Shown here: piece after piece, positions 11,996-23,095 of the stretch
Position numbering within the stretch: position 1 is the stretch's first letter
Layout: each line of letters opens with the position of its first letter
NCBI RefSeq assembly: GCF_018350175.1
Contig: NC_058383.1
Coordinates: forward strand, 23,934,001 to 23,998,000
Reading direction: 5' to 3'
From: Felis catus
Taxonomy: Eukaryota
Length of the DNA stretch: 64,000 nt
The notes under the pieces: generated by a model
Database searches by the model: none
Told to the model about the DNA's origin: nothing
What the model saw: only the letters and a program-made list of their open reading frames with translations
Position numbers and translations under genes: made by a program

Positions 11996-12109
11996 TTATT
12001 TCTCCATCTCTGGGAGAGGAGAGGTCTCTGCTTTTCCTGGCTCCCACTTCCTCTAAGCTCCTCCAAGCGACTCCACAGCGAAGCTCGCCCTGCCGGGAAG
12101 TGTTAGCTG

Positions 12110-12123
12110 GTCTCCAAGGTAAC
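12110..12123. promoter_or_regulatory. RFX X-box-like element in the VWA3A proximal promoter (GTCTCCAAGGTAAC)
   Basis: 14-bp imperfect palindrome of the GTNNCC-NN-GGYAAC type, ~115 bp upstream of the exon-1 ATG. Confidence 0.6.
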
Positions 12124-13659
12124 AGACTGCACCACTTTAGCCTGAGGCAGGGACAGGGGGGAAAAAAAACCCAACAACCAAAAACCAAAAAACCTGCCCT
12201 CACCCCAGGGAGGACATTACCACTTTGTCGTTGATAACAACCTCTCCCCAGGCACTCTGCTTTTCTCCACCTTTACAAAAGCCTGGAAGCAGGGTTTGGA
12301 CTTCTTTTCTATTTCTAGTTTAGACCAGTACAGAGCCAGGTTACATCCTGTGGTAGGAACTGAAGACAGATAGCAGAGAGCCTGCGAGGCGCTAGGTCAG
12401 GCGTGAAAGGTGGTAACTGTCTCTACTCCTCAGATTCTCTGGGGTCTCCCCAGCACACACCCTGAGAGAGGCCTGGCATTCCTTCACCCCTACCAGGTCT
12501 GTCCTCATCCAAACCTGGCTAATACAGCTCCGGGCTCAGTGACCTCTCAGTGTCATAAGATATCATCCACTGCAGTGGTTCCCAAACCCAGGTGCCCATG
12601 GGTTGTTTGCTAAGAAAACATACATACATTCGCATTTGGGAGACTGGTACAGAACTGTGGTAGAGTGTGGGAACAGGAATCTTTAACAATGGTCCCAGGT
12701 GATTGTGATGTAACCAGCCCTTGACCCATAGTTGGGGACCTCTTCAACTCAACTCCTTTTATGGAAGTCAAGAGAGAAGTGATGTACCCAACGTCTACCA
12801 GCTTGTAAAAGGCTAGGAGATCTCTACTTAGTTCATCTAAGTAATTTCTCAAATCACTATCTTCACTTTATGAACCTTTGATTTTATAATTTAGAGCATG
12901 TGCTACTTGTGGTAACCATCATACAGCAGAGTACCTCTTCCAATGTTGACACTACTAGTGGCTCCTTTAGGCCAGATGGGAAACAACAAATCCCTCCAAA
13001 ATCGACATTGTTTACCTACCCGTTACTGTGGGCAGAGTAGTCATGGGTTGAGAGTAGTGTGGCATTTGGAAGGGCATTTCGTTGACACCCAACAAAGCAG
13101 GAGAGGAGGGAGATCAGAGAGAGGTAAGGAAGTCAGAAAAGGCCGAAAGCAACCAACCAATAGCTAGTCTGTGAACAAGAGGTGAGGGTCCTTGTGCCCA
13201 CCCTACTGGAAATCCTGGGTAGAAGGGGCTGGCTAGCTTTGAGACACCATTTTGGAAGACATGAAGGCCCAAGACATGTAGTTTAATACCCTCACCATTC
13301 CCATTGCTCCAGGATACATAGATTTTTCAACATTTTACAAGAAGCAAAACCCAATACTGAAAGGTCATTGTTACTGACAGAGACAGAGGTCAAGAAATCA
13401 GGTATCTGAAAATCAGAGGGAGTTAGAGACCTACTGTTTGGTAGCAACACTTTGAGATGCCAAGGTCTAAGAGGAAATGCATCCTCAGTCCAGGGAGAAA
13501 GTCTTCCCAGCTCACCAAACTTCGCCATGGCCCGAGTGTGGGATGGACACGAACTACTGCACCATTCAGGCTGGAATAGTTGATGTCTCACTAGTAATAA
13601 GTGTAGAAAGATGACAAATGACTAGAGGGGGCTTCTTTTCTTAAAAATTTAAGTTAAAA

Positions 13660-13783
13660 ATTTTTTTTTAAATATAATTTATTGTCAAATTGGTCAGCAT
13701 ACAGTGTGTACTGTGTGCTCTTGATTTTGGGGGTACATTCCCATGGTTCATCACTTACATACAACACCTAGTGCTCATCCCAG
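13660..13783 (-). mobile_element. 5'-truncated felid L1 3' end
   Basis: TTTATTGTCAAATTGG...CAACACCTAGTGCTCATCCCA, flanked by TAGAGGGG(G/A)CTTCTT duplication. Confidence 0.75.
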
Positions 13784-13994
13784 CGAGTTAGAGGGGACTT
13801 CTTAATATTTGGGTCATGAACCCGTGAATGACCCGAGGGTAAACCAATAGCCAGTAGATTTCCTATCAACAAGGTAGCAGGGATCTAGTTAATTGGTGTT
13901 CTTTTAAGTGCTACAGAGGGGACAAGACATAGCCTGTGTGGGAAAATTTTCCTGGGTACACAATTCCCAAAAGGGAAACAGTAAAATCAAGGGG

Positions 13995-14019
13995 TGACGT
14001 CATCTAGTTCACCAATCAG
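13995..14019. promoter_or_regulatory. Full CRE palindrome (TGACGTCA) next to an NF-Y CCAAT box (ACCAATCAG)
   Basis: TGACGTCA at 13995-14002 and CCAAT at 14012-14016, in apparently unique DNA ~2 kb upstream of VWA3A. Confidence 0.45.
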
Positions 14020-14480
14020 TGAAGTTACCACGTAGCAAGATTGCAGAAAGTCTGACAATGAGAGGGGAATGATGGAAGATTAAACACAACTTTATAATAA
14101 CTTACATACTTTTCCCCTCAACAAAACATATAACATTTATAGGTTGTTTCTAAGCAGGACTACCTTTTATGGTTGTTTGCATTCCTCATCCAGAAGAAGC
14201 AAACCATAGATTCAGCTGTTCATGTCTGAGCCAAGAAATCATGCAACTGGGACAAGCTATTTTTATTTCCCTTACACTAGCCAGGACAGCAGAGGTAGTC
14301 CTCGATTTGAAGTCAGAGAACCTAGGTTTGAAACCCAGATTCAATAGTAACTAGTTACTGAACCTTGGATAAATTGTTCACCTTGGGTAAATTGATCCAT
14401 GGTTTTCTGGTCTATAAAATACCACTTCTACTTTACCTTAGAAGGATGATTAAGAGGACATATGGAAAAACACATAGCAT

Positions 14481-14672
14481 GGGAGTACCTGGGTGGCTTA
14501 GTTGGTTAAGCATATGACTTTGGCTCAGGCCATGATCGTACAGGTTGTGGGTTCAAGTCCCACATCAGGCTCCATACCAACAGTGTGCAGCCTGCTTGGG
14601 AGTCTCTTTTCCTTTCTCTCTGCCCCTACCCCACTTGTGCTTTCTCAAAACTAAATAAATAAACTTAAAAAA
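14481..14672 (+). mobile_element. CanSINE
   Basis: SINE head, body and tail. Confidence 0.88.
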
Positions 14673-14918
14673 ATAGCATGAATTTAATGTTAGTTTCTTT
14701 CTCCAAACTCTTAATTGAATGCCATTATCTCTTAAACACAATATTTAAAAATTTATGAACTGCCTTAATACAGTAGTTGATATGCTTCAGTTAGAATGTT
14801 AGTTATCATGATATTTGGGAAGTTTCTGTTACCTAAGACCTGAGTTCATAGCAGCATTATTTGTAATAGCAAAAAACTTGGAAACAACAATGAACATCAA
14901 AAAGGGAGGAAGTAAATC

Positions 14919-14919
<1 letters not shown>

Positions 14920-14968
<49 letters not shown>
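14920..14968 (+). repeat. (AC)n microsatellite within an old L1 3' fragment
   Basis: About 24 AC units. Confidence 0.95.
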
Positions 14969-14970
<2 letters not shown>

Positions 14971-15647
14971 ACAGCCACTAAAAATGCATAAGATTTATAT
15001 TTACTGAACAAAGATGTCCACCATAAGTTAAAAAAAGTAGTGACAGGTATGTATAATATGATCTTGTTTTTGTTAAAACAACTGAACAGGACATACCCAT
15101 GACACACATGTATACAACACGCGTATAGACACACATGATATACATATATTGTAACTATAGCAAAATATCTGCAGGAATACCTAATAAACTGTTAACAGTG
15201 ATAATCTCTGGAAGGTGGGTTGAGGAGGGACTTTTAATCTCTTACAGTTTTTTTTTTTTTTAATTCTACAAATGTATTACTGTACAAAAAAAAAAAAAAT
15301 CCTTTGCCCCAGTTTAGGGTTATGGTAACTTTCGTCTCCACAACAGCACTTCAGACAAGAAAATGTTTCTGATGATGTAAAAATGAGGTGAAATGCTAGA
15401 GTGGCATGAGTGGGAGTGACACCACAATACGAGTTCACTTTGCTACTAATGACATTAGTAAAATATGAGGTAGTCAAAAGCTTTCTTAGATAAGTGGATG
15501 GATTATTTTCTCCTCAAGAACAATTTATCATCAATTTATCATAATAGAAAGAATTTTCTCTGATTGGTTCTTCAACTGCATTTGCATTTTGCCACAGAGA
15601 TTGAAGCGATGTAAAAGAATGAGGTTTTAAAAAAAATTTATTTAATA

Positions 15648-15830
15648 AGGGTGCCTGCATGACCCTTGGTTTTGACTCAGGTCATGATCTTAGGGTTCTT
15701 GAGTTTGAGCCCCATGTTGGGGTCCTCGCTGACAGTGTGGAGCCTGTTTGGGATTCTCTCTCTCTTCCCTTCTCTCTGCCCCTCCCCCAGTCTCTCTTTC
15801 TCTCAAAATAAATAAACTTAAAATTTTTTA
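15648..15830 (+). mobile_element. CanSINE (internally deleted head)
   Basis: SINE body and tail. Confidence 0.82.
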
Positions 15831-17944
15831 TTTAATACTTGAATTGTCTAAGGCAAGTAAATTAAATATTTAAACAACATGAAAATAGTGCCAGACCGCA
15901 TTTATTTTAGTGACTTGCCTTGACAGATAATAGAGATTGATTTAATGATGACCAAATACAATGGCAGTATTTACTAAAAGGCCATAAAATGGCCAGTTGG
16001 GGACAACTACATTTAAAGTGAGATCAAATCCTTGAGTCTATTCCTTTTAGCAGAAATAATTAAAACCATCTTGGCAGAACCAAGTCTTTGTGAAACATAC
16101 CAAATCTGTGGCTTCTAGATAGCTGAGACCCAAAAGCTTGAAAGAAGCCTCCAGAGAGTTATCTCAGGATCAACAGGGTGCTTGCATCATCCTGGTCCTT
16201 TTTGCATTAGTGTCCACATGAGAGCACTGTGAATTCAGTAGTAAAGGGTCTTGAGTCCACAAAGGGTCTTGAGTAGTAATGGTCTTAGGTCTTACATCCT
16301 AAAGAAACTGGCGTATTACACGGTCAAATACTTACCAATAAAATAACCACACTTACTTATGAAAGGCTGATCTAGGAAAGCCTCTGCTTTTACGAAGGAT
16401 TTCACTGAAATGATCCTGGCAGACAGGAGATTAGGTCTTTCAAATACAGTTTCATAATTTTTCTTTGTAACCTAGCCCCAAATTTAATTATAATTCAGTT
16501 CATATGTAAATCACTGTGCCAGGTCTCTAAGGAAAATGAGAAAGCCACATTCCTTGCATTCAAGAGTTTGTAATCCAGTGATCAAGTATTTATAAATAAG
16601 AACAGCAGCAATTAACATTTGAACGCTTACTATGTGCCCGGTGCTCTCCTTGTTTTCTCATTTGAACCGACAGTAACCCTACGACATTAGCCCCATTCTA
16701 TAGGTGAAAAAAAACCAAGGCTCACAGAGGCTAAGTGATTTATCAAGGGTCACACAGCTAGAATTTTGGAAGCAGGATTTGAATCCAGGCACTCTACTTG
16801 CCCCAAATAAGTTCTTGTACAGAGGTATAAACAAAGAGAGAAAGCACAAAAAACTTAAATATGTTGCAAATATGAGAGGTATTAGGGAAAACTGTGAGAA
16901 GGAGGTAGTGCAGCCACAACTAAGACAAAGAGCAGGTGTAGTGAAAGAATGGAGAATAGCTGGCTTGTCCGCGTAGGATGAAAAGATACAGTGGTAAGAC
17001 TGTCTCCTCCTAGAACCACAAAGCCACTGTGGAAAGAGCAGCCCAACTGTCCATTAGAGTCACCAATCCTAATGCCAGGCTGCGCCAGCGAAGAAAATGA
17101 ATGGACAAGCAGCTTATGTGCACACTGTATTTGTGTTAAAACCATAAAACTACAAAAAAAAAAAAAAAAAAAAAAGATACAGTGGTGGGGAAAAAACAAA
17201 CCCGAAAGCCAGATCATGAAGCTATGTTAACGAAGATGGGACTGCATTCTGCAGATTAGGAATGACAGGAACTCAAAAGAAACGATATGCTTTCGTGTTA
17301 AGATTCTTTTGGCAGAAGTTATTCGGGTGGACCGAAGTAGATCGAAGTTGAAGGAAGACTGGTTCAGACGGCTGTAGACCAGAACAGCTGTCCTAGGTCA
17401 ACTGCCCAATGACTATTTGTCAAAGGCCTTTTCTCCTGGGTTGAGGGCTCTGCTGGTTTGGCTCTGTGACTTTGGGAAAGTCGGTATACTTTTCTGAGGC
17501 CTTGACCTTCATTTTCATCTCGAACAAGTTAACACTGGATATGCTCTCTTAGATTTCATCCAGCTCTACAATCTTATGAGTCTCATGAGAAATCTCTTCT
17601 TGAAATTTAATCTTGGGTGGTCATAAGTCTGTGAGTGGAACTGGGACTGAATTGTAGAAAACTTGAATGTGCTTGAAAATGCCATCCCATTGTTTTCTCC
17701 TCCTGGGAAAAGAACCAAAACTCTAAAAAAAAGTAATACAGCATTATGCTTTCTATCTTTGATTCCATTTATAAATACCTACTTTTACTTTGTTGCTGGG
17801 TAACTGTGACCCAGAAGAGTTGACTTTGCATAAGAGGAACCCAGTCCTTTAGTCTTGGTATTTTTCCTAAAATCTTCTCATACAGTGGTTAGAACAGAGT
17901 TAGTGCAAGACTAAGTCAAAATGTGTTTTTGGACTCATGTTATT

Positions 17945-18058
17945 ATGGTTTTTGTTGCTGTGTTTTTTAAGGAGGCTCTATGCCCAACATGGGGCTTGAA
18001 CTCACAACCTTGAGATCAAGAATTGTATGCTTTACCGACTTAGCCAGTCAGGTGCCTT
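17945..18058 (-). mobile_element. Short CanSINE variant
   Basis: GGCTCTATGCCCAACATGGGGCTTGAACTCACAACCTTGAGATCAAG...CAGGTGCC. Confidence 0.8.
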
Positions 18059-18258
18059 CATGTTACTGTTTTTAAAGCCAGTCTGTTTTTTCCTAAATTA
18101 TTACCAAAAAGAAGGAAAAGTGTTTTCTCCCGCTGTCTTATAAGTTCAGTGGAAGTCTACTATTACAATTTCCAATTGATCTATCGATTAATATTTACGG
18201 AACTCTTCAAATACCTCTCATGTGTTATACATCAGGATAGATTTGGATGGTATAAAGA

Positions 18259-18371
18259 TAGGGTGATCAGCTCATCCCTTTTGCATGGAACTTTCCCAGT
18301 TATAGGCCTGAAAGTCTCATGTCCCAGGGAACCCCTCAGTCTCAGGCAAATGGGGATGACTGGCCACCCTA
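18259..18371. mobile_element. MER81-like hAT-Blackjack MITE
   Basis: TIRs TAGGGTGATCAG...CTGGCCACCCTA; ~113 bp. Confidence 0.7.
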
Positions 18372-19094
18372 AGAAGATAAGATGCCTTCATGATCCAGAA
18401 CTCAAGGATGTCCAAATCCCATCTTGTCTTTATCTTCATACTCCCCATGAGTCTCCTGTAAAGGCCATATAAAGGAGAAACAGCAGCAAAGAGTAAATGC
18501 AGTGCTTTATTTGATTATTAGCTATTACTCAGCTGGGCTAATCCCAAGACCCCTCGAGAAAGGTGCAGTAAAGCTGTGATGGAGCACATGGTTGAGTCTA
18601 GAGACTATGTACTCTCCTTCAACCCCAATCTAAAAATCTTAGAAGTTAAGATCCTTTGGCCTGCAGTGAAGTAGAAACAGAAGCAAAGATGAATGGCTTA
18701 GGTCTATGTGTGAGGAAGAAACACAAGATGGCTGGCTTTGAGGGCCTTGGCTCAGTAGATCTCTCCCAGTCCATAAAAATATGATGCAGAAGAGAAAGCC
18801 ACATACATGTGTATATGTGTGTGTTTTTTTTTTTTTTTTTTTTTTACTGCTGAGTGACTCTTCTTATTGGTAAATATGGTCTCATCTACACTCTAGAATA
18901 ATGGCATCTCTTGCCAAGGAAGGAGCTGGGAGCAGGAGTGTAAAAAGAGACGGAGACCTTCCTCCTGCCCGATGCTAAAACAAAACAAAGAGGCACGGCA
19001 CTGTCACTGTGTGAATAGGTAAAACCTCTGTAAGAATTCAACTTCTGAAGTAAAATCTTAAAATCAAAGCTTATTTCAAAGCAATAGAAGCCTT

Positions 19095-22000
19095 TTTAGT
19101 TTCTTTAGTAGACAATTTATTTTGATAAACTTGCTCAATAACAAAAATACAAGTGAAGAAAATTATGTTCATTTTATACAGTTTGTATTAACAATTTGTT
19201 TTGAAATTATTAATTGAAAAATGTTATAACCAATTAGAAAACAATTCTTAATAAAATTTGGGGTAATATACAGACCTTGATCACAAACTCTAAAATCTCT
19301 TGAGGTGATACAACTAGTTAAGTCCTGTGTAGGGAATGCAACCTACACAGGCCATGTTTTTCCTTCATATATTTTTATCCTTCAAAAATTAGTTCTGAAA
19401 GACAGCTTACTGTTTTGAATTGTGAATGTAAATTTAATTTTTAAAAGAAGATCAAAGCAGGTTGATAAAACAGTTACTACAATCAGAGTAACTTGTGGCT
19501 AGTAGTCTTTTAATAAAGACAAAATAAATGCAACATGTTCTTCCCATGAAGCCCACGATGCGAAATGATAGCTAAGAGTACATCTAAAGTTAGTTTCCAA
19601 TACTTTTTCAGGGCCTTTCCTCTAAATCAATAGATTGTATGTCACCAGGACTGTTTATTATTTTACTTAAGAGATTAAACAGTGAATTCACAGAACATCA
19701 AGCAGGGATATCAAAGCTTTAGGCAGAAGGGTAAAAACCAATGAAGTGTTTTGGTCATTTAGAACATTAAAAAAAAAAAAAAAAAAGGAGCCATTCTTCA
19801 AAAACAAAACAAATAGAAGAGAAAATAGGATAAGAAGTATAAGAGTCAGAAAAGTTACGTACACACATTAACAACATAGAACATGGATTACCTTTGGGAA
19901 AAATCATACTGAAATGTTTGCTTTTAATGAATCCAAGATTTTTCATGTTTACAGATGTTTAGGCATGTTCAATAGGAGCTTCCAAAAATTTCAAACTAAG
20001 TCTTGTGCAAATAAAACCTATAAACAGTTTTCAGCAGATTTTACAGTGATGTTCTTAGGTCTGAGAAGAATGCGCACACTCTAAAAACAATGTAACAGAC
20101 AAAAGTTTGACAAATGATTGCACCATAAAACAGTGTTTTATATACAGTTTACAAGATATGATTTCCTGCTATAAATTAATATTGTACTATGTAGTACTTA
20201 TTATAGTGATCTTTTTAAAAAGCAACTGCTGACAGTTGTTTATCTTTTCACTTACAGAATTTATAGAATTTTAAATGAATGAATCCATTTCATTGTTTGG
20301 TCTGGAAGAGTACAAAGATTTGACTTCACATACTACTTGATGGGACAATCTCAATCCTGGGTTAGAGTGCTGACTGGTTAGAGGGAGGGTTCCCCTATCA
20401 GCCCTTTGTGCACTGGACCTCCAAGACAATGAGGAAATTAAAGACATTTAATGGTTTGGGTAATAGATACAAATAAAACCTTACATTTTGTAATCTTATA
20501 TGCAATACCACTGTAAGTGAAAGAAGTAAACAGTGGGGAAATTCTTAGCAGCTGAGAAACTTTCTCTCCCCATGCTTGTGATCCAGTTAAAAATATTTTG
20601 AGAAACTATTTACAATAAAATTCATCTTTTGGAAGAGAAAAGCTCTTGATCATATCATAAATTAATTTGAACCATACTTTGCTAACACTTTATCTCAGTG
20701 GTATTAATGGTGACAACCAAAACTTCCCTTCAAAGTGATCCATTTGACTGAGGACCAATCAAATCACAATGGGAAGTGCAATCCCAAATGTCCATAGAAC
20801 ACATCCAGTGGTTTTCTCAGTATTAACTAGACATGATAATACTTGGGGAAGAACGGTCTCCTTCAGTCATTTCCCAAGACGTTTCTTTAACCCTGGGAAG
20901 GAAAGGTGTGACATTCCCCCAGAATACTCAAGGAATGCACCAGAGTGGTGGTTCACCTCTTCTGACTCCTGAGTGAGCTGGGACACTGGGGTTTTCTTTC
21001 ACAATAAAATACTGCTGAGTTAACAGTAAGATATACGAATGTCAAACAAGCCAGTGTGAAACATGTCAGGCTCCTCCATTTTCTTCTTTGAATATCTGAA
21101 GAGGCAGCCACATCTCGGAAGTAATCATCTTATAATTTATAATTGAGCTCTTTTGAAAAAACAGTGCATTCATTTCTGTTTGGGTGAAGCATGGACTACA
21201 CGGGACTCTAACTCTACTGGATAGGGACATCTGGGTTGCCGTTTCACTAAAAAGAAGAAAAACTCAGCTCCATTGCCAAGAAAGAACCTCCTGCCCCACA
21301 TCTCAAACAGGAGATCGTCATAGTGTTCACCTGGAATAACAACTAAGCACTGATATGAAAGCATGGAAACGTGGAGAAGAGAAATACTGTATTTTAAAAC
21401 TATTATGGATTCAAGGGTTAGTGGCAATGCTTCTAGGAGAAAACGTAAAGCTGTGGGTTTAGTACAGCCCTTTAAAGTAAATACAAAAATGTTAGCTTCT
21501 AGCAAACAAAGGCATATAGCATATAAAGAAAACATTGTATTGCTCAGGTTTTTGGTAAAGGAGATGTGTTAATAATGCATACAGATGAATACAAATTTCA
21601 CTTTTATAGCAGAGTGAAGTTAGTGTTGTAGATAGCCAAAATATTATGAACTGACATTAGCAGTGAACTTTGTATTTATGTAAAGTTGTGTGCTCAACAC
21701 AGAAAATGCATTATTCGTGTAACAGACTAAGCCAGTAGAAAAAGAGAGCCTTTGTACAACAGACAACAGTTGCCAATAATTTAAATAGTGTCAAGATTCC
21801 CCAAATTATAACATTTTACATGATCTTACCTTCTACAATCATATACAAATAAATTAACCCTACAAAGAATTTTAGCTTAACTTAAAATTGGACCTAGAAA
21901 GGTATGGGATTATTTGTACCTATTACAAAAACCTGTTAAAATCAAGGGCTGCTACAAAGAATGAGGTAAACTGAAGACTCTCTCCACTACGCAGCCTTCA

Positions 22001-22910
22001 GATAAATGGCTTTTTTTTCTATTGAGTTCTAGGTTTGCACACCACAGTGTTTTGCTAGCAAAGCATTCAGAGTTCTCTTCCAGGAACGGTTTGCATGTGT
22101 GTGTATATAAATTTACACACACATACACACACACACACACATATATACACACTGTATACTGCATCAGCAAAATATATATATTATATATATATTTATATAA
22201 ATATAAGGAATATTTCCCCCACCCACCCACCCCCAACATGTTTCTTAGTGTTTGATTTTTTTTGTTTTGTTTTGTTTTGTACACAGAGAATAGGGAATTT
22301 CAGGAATTTTACATACATTTTAGCAAACAAGTTTTGATCTATTGGCTTCTTGGTGTAGTAATGCAACAGCAAATCATTCTGGCACCAAAGGCTCATACCA
22401 TTACAAGGAAGCTGTGAATACTAATTTCTTAGGAGGTGAGGCCAGCCCCACGTGAACTTCTCTTGCAAGCCTCTGGTCCACCATGATTCATAAATACTTA
22501 GAGTTTGTTTTTTTTCCTCAATTAATCGTTAGACATTAAAAACGGAACAACAGAGTCACAAAGGGCCACATGCTTTTCATTATAAAGCATTCTCCTTCAC
22601 TAGGTTGCTATCACAGTGCAGACCTGACTGCCTGAATATGCTCAGGAGATTTAGTCAATATTGTCTGTATTTGGTTATGGAAAAGGCTCTCCTTATTTGT
22701 TTGTTTGTTTGTTTGTTTTGTTTTTAAATCCAAAGTGCATAGTGAGAACAAATCAAAGCATTTTTTTTTTCCTTTTCGGCATCAGTTTCATCTAAGCATC
22801 TTCCTATGAGAGGACTGCTCAGATGCCTTGCCTTTGTCCTCTCCCCTCCAAAAATAAAAAAATAAAATAAAATTAAAAATAATAAAAGAGTTGAGCAAAT
22901 TAGACATTCA
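19095..22910 (-). other. MOSMO: MOSMO 3'UTR (~3.8 kb; distal end inferred)
   Basis: Follows the stop codon directly. AU-rich, with no recognisable SINE or LINE, and contains Pumilio and miRNA seed motifs. Confidence 0.7.
19116..19121 (-). terminator. MOSMO: Probable main MOSMO polyadenylation signal (AATAAA)
   Basis: AATAAA on the minus strand at the end of the repeat-free AU-rich block, with upstream TGTA motifs and downstream T-rich sequence. Alternative AATAAA sites at 18506-18511 and 15901-15906. Confidence 0.55.
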
Positions 22911-23095
22911 TCAGCCTGGTAAACAAACTTTGCCAGCAAATAGAAGTCCTACTATAGTAAAGAAAATTGATAAGACAAAAAGTACGTATGATGACCCAAC
23001 TACTGTGTTGTTGGGTAATTTATAAGGTTGACCTCCGACTTCATTGATGTAAAATCCTATTGGAAATATTAGGGCAGCCATACAGAAAAGGATCA
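22911..23095 (-). CDS. MOSMO: MOSMO (C16orf52) last coding exon (185 nt including stop)
   Basis: tttacag|TG acceptor. Translates (M)ILFCMAALIFPIGFYINEVGGQPYKLPNNTVVGSSYVLFVLSIFFTIVGLLFAGKVCLPG*, the MOSMO C-terminus; ends in tandem TGA TGA. Confidence 0.97.
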
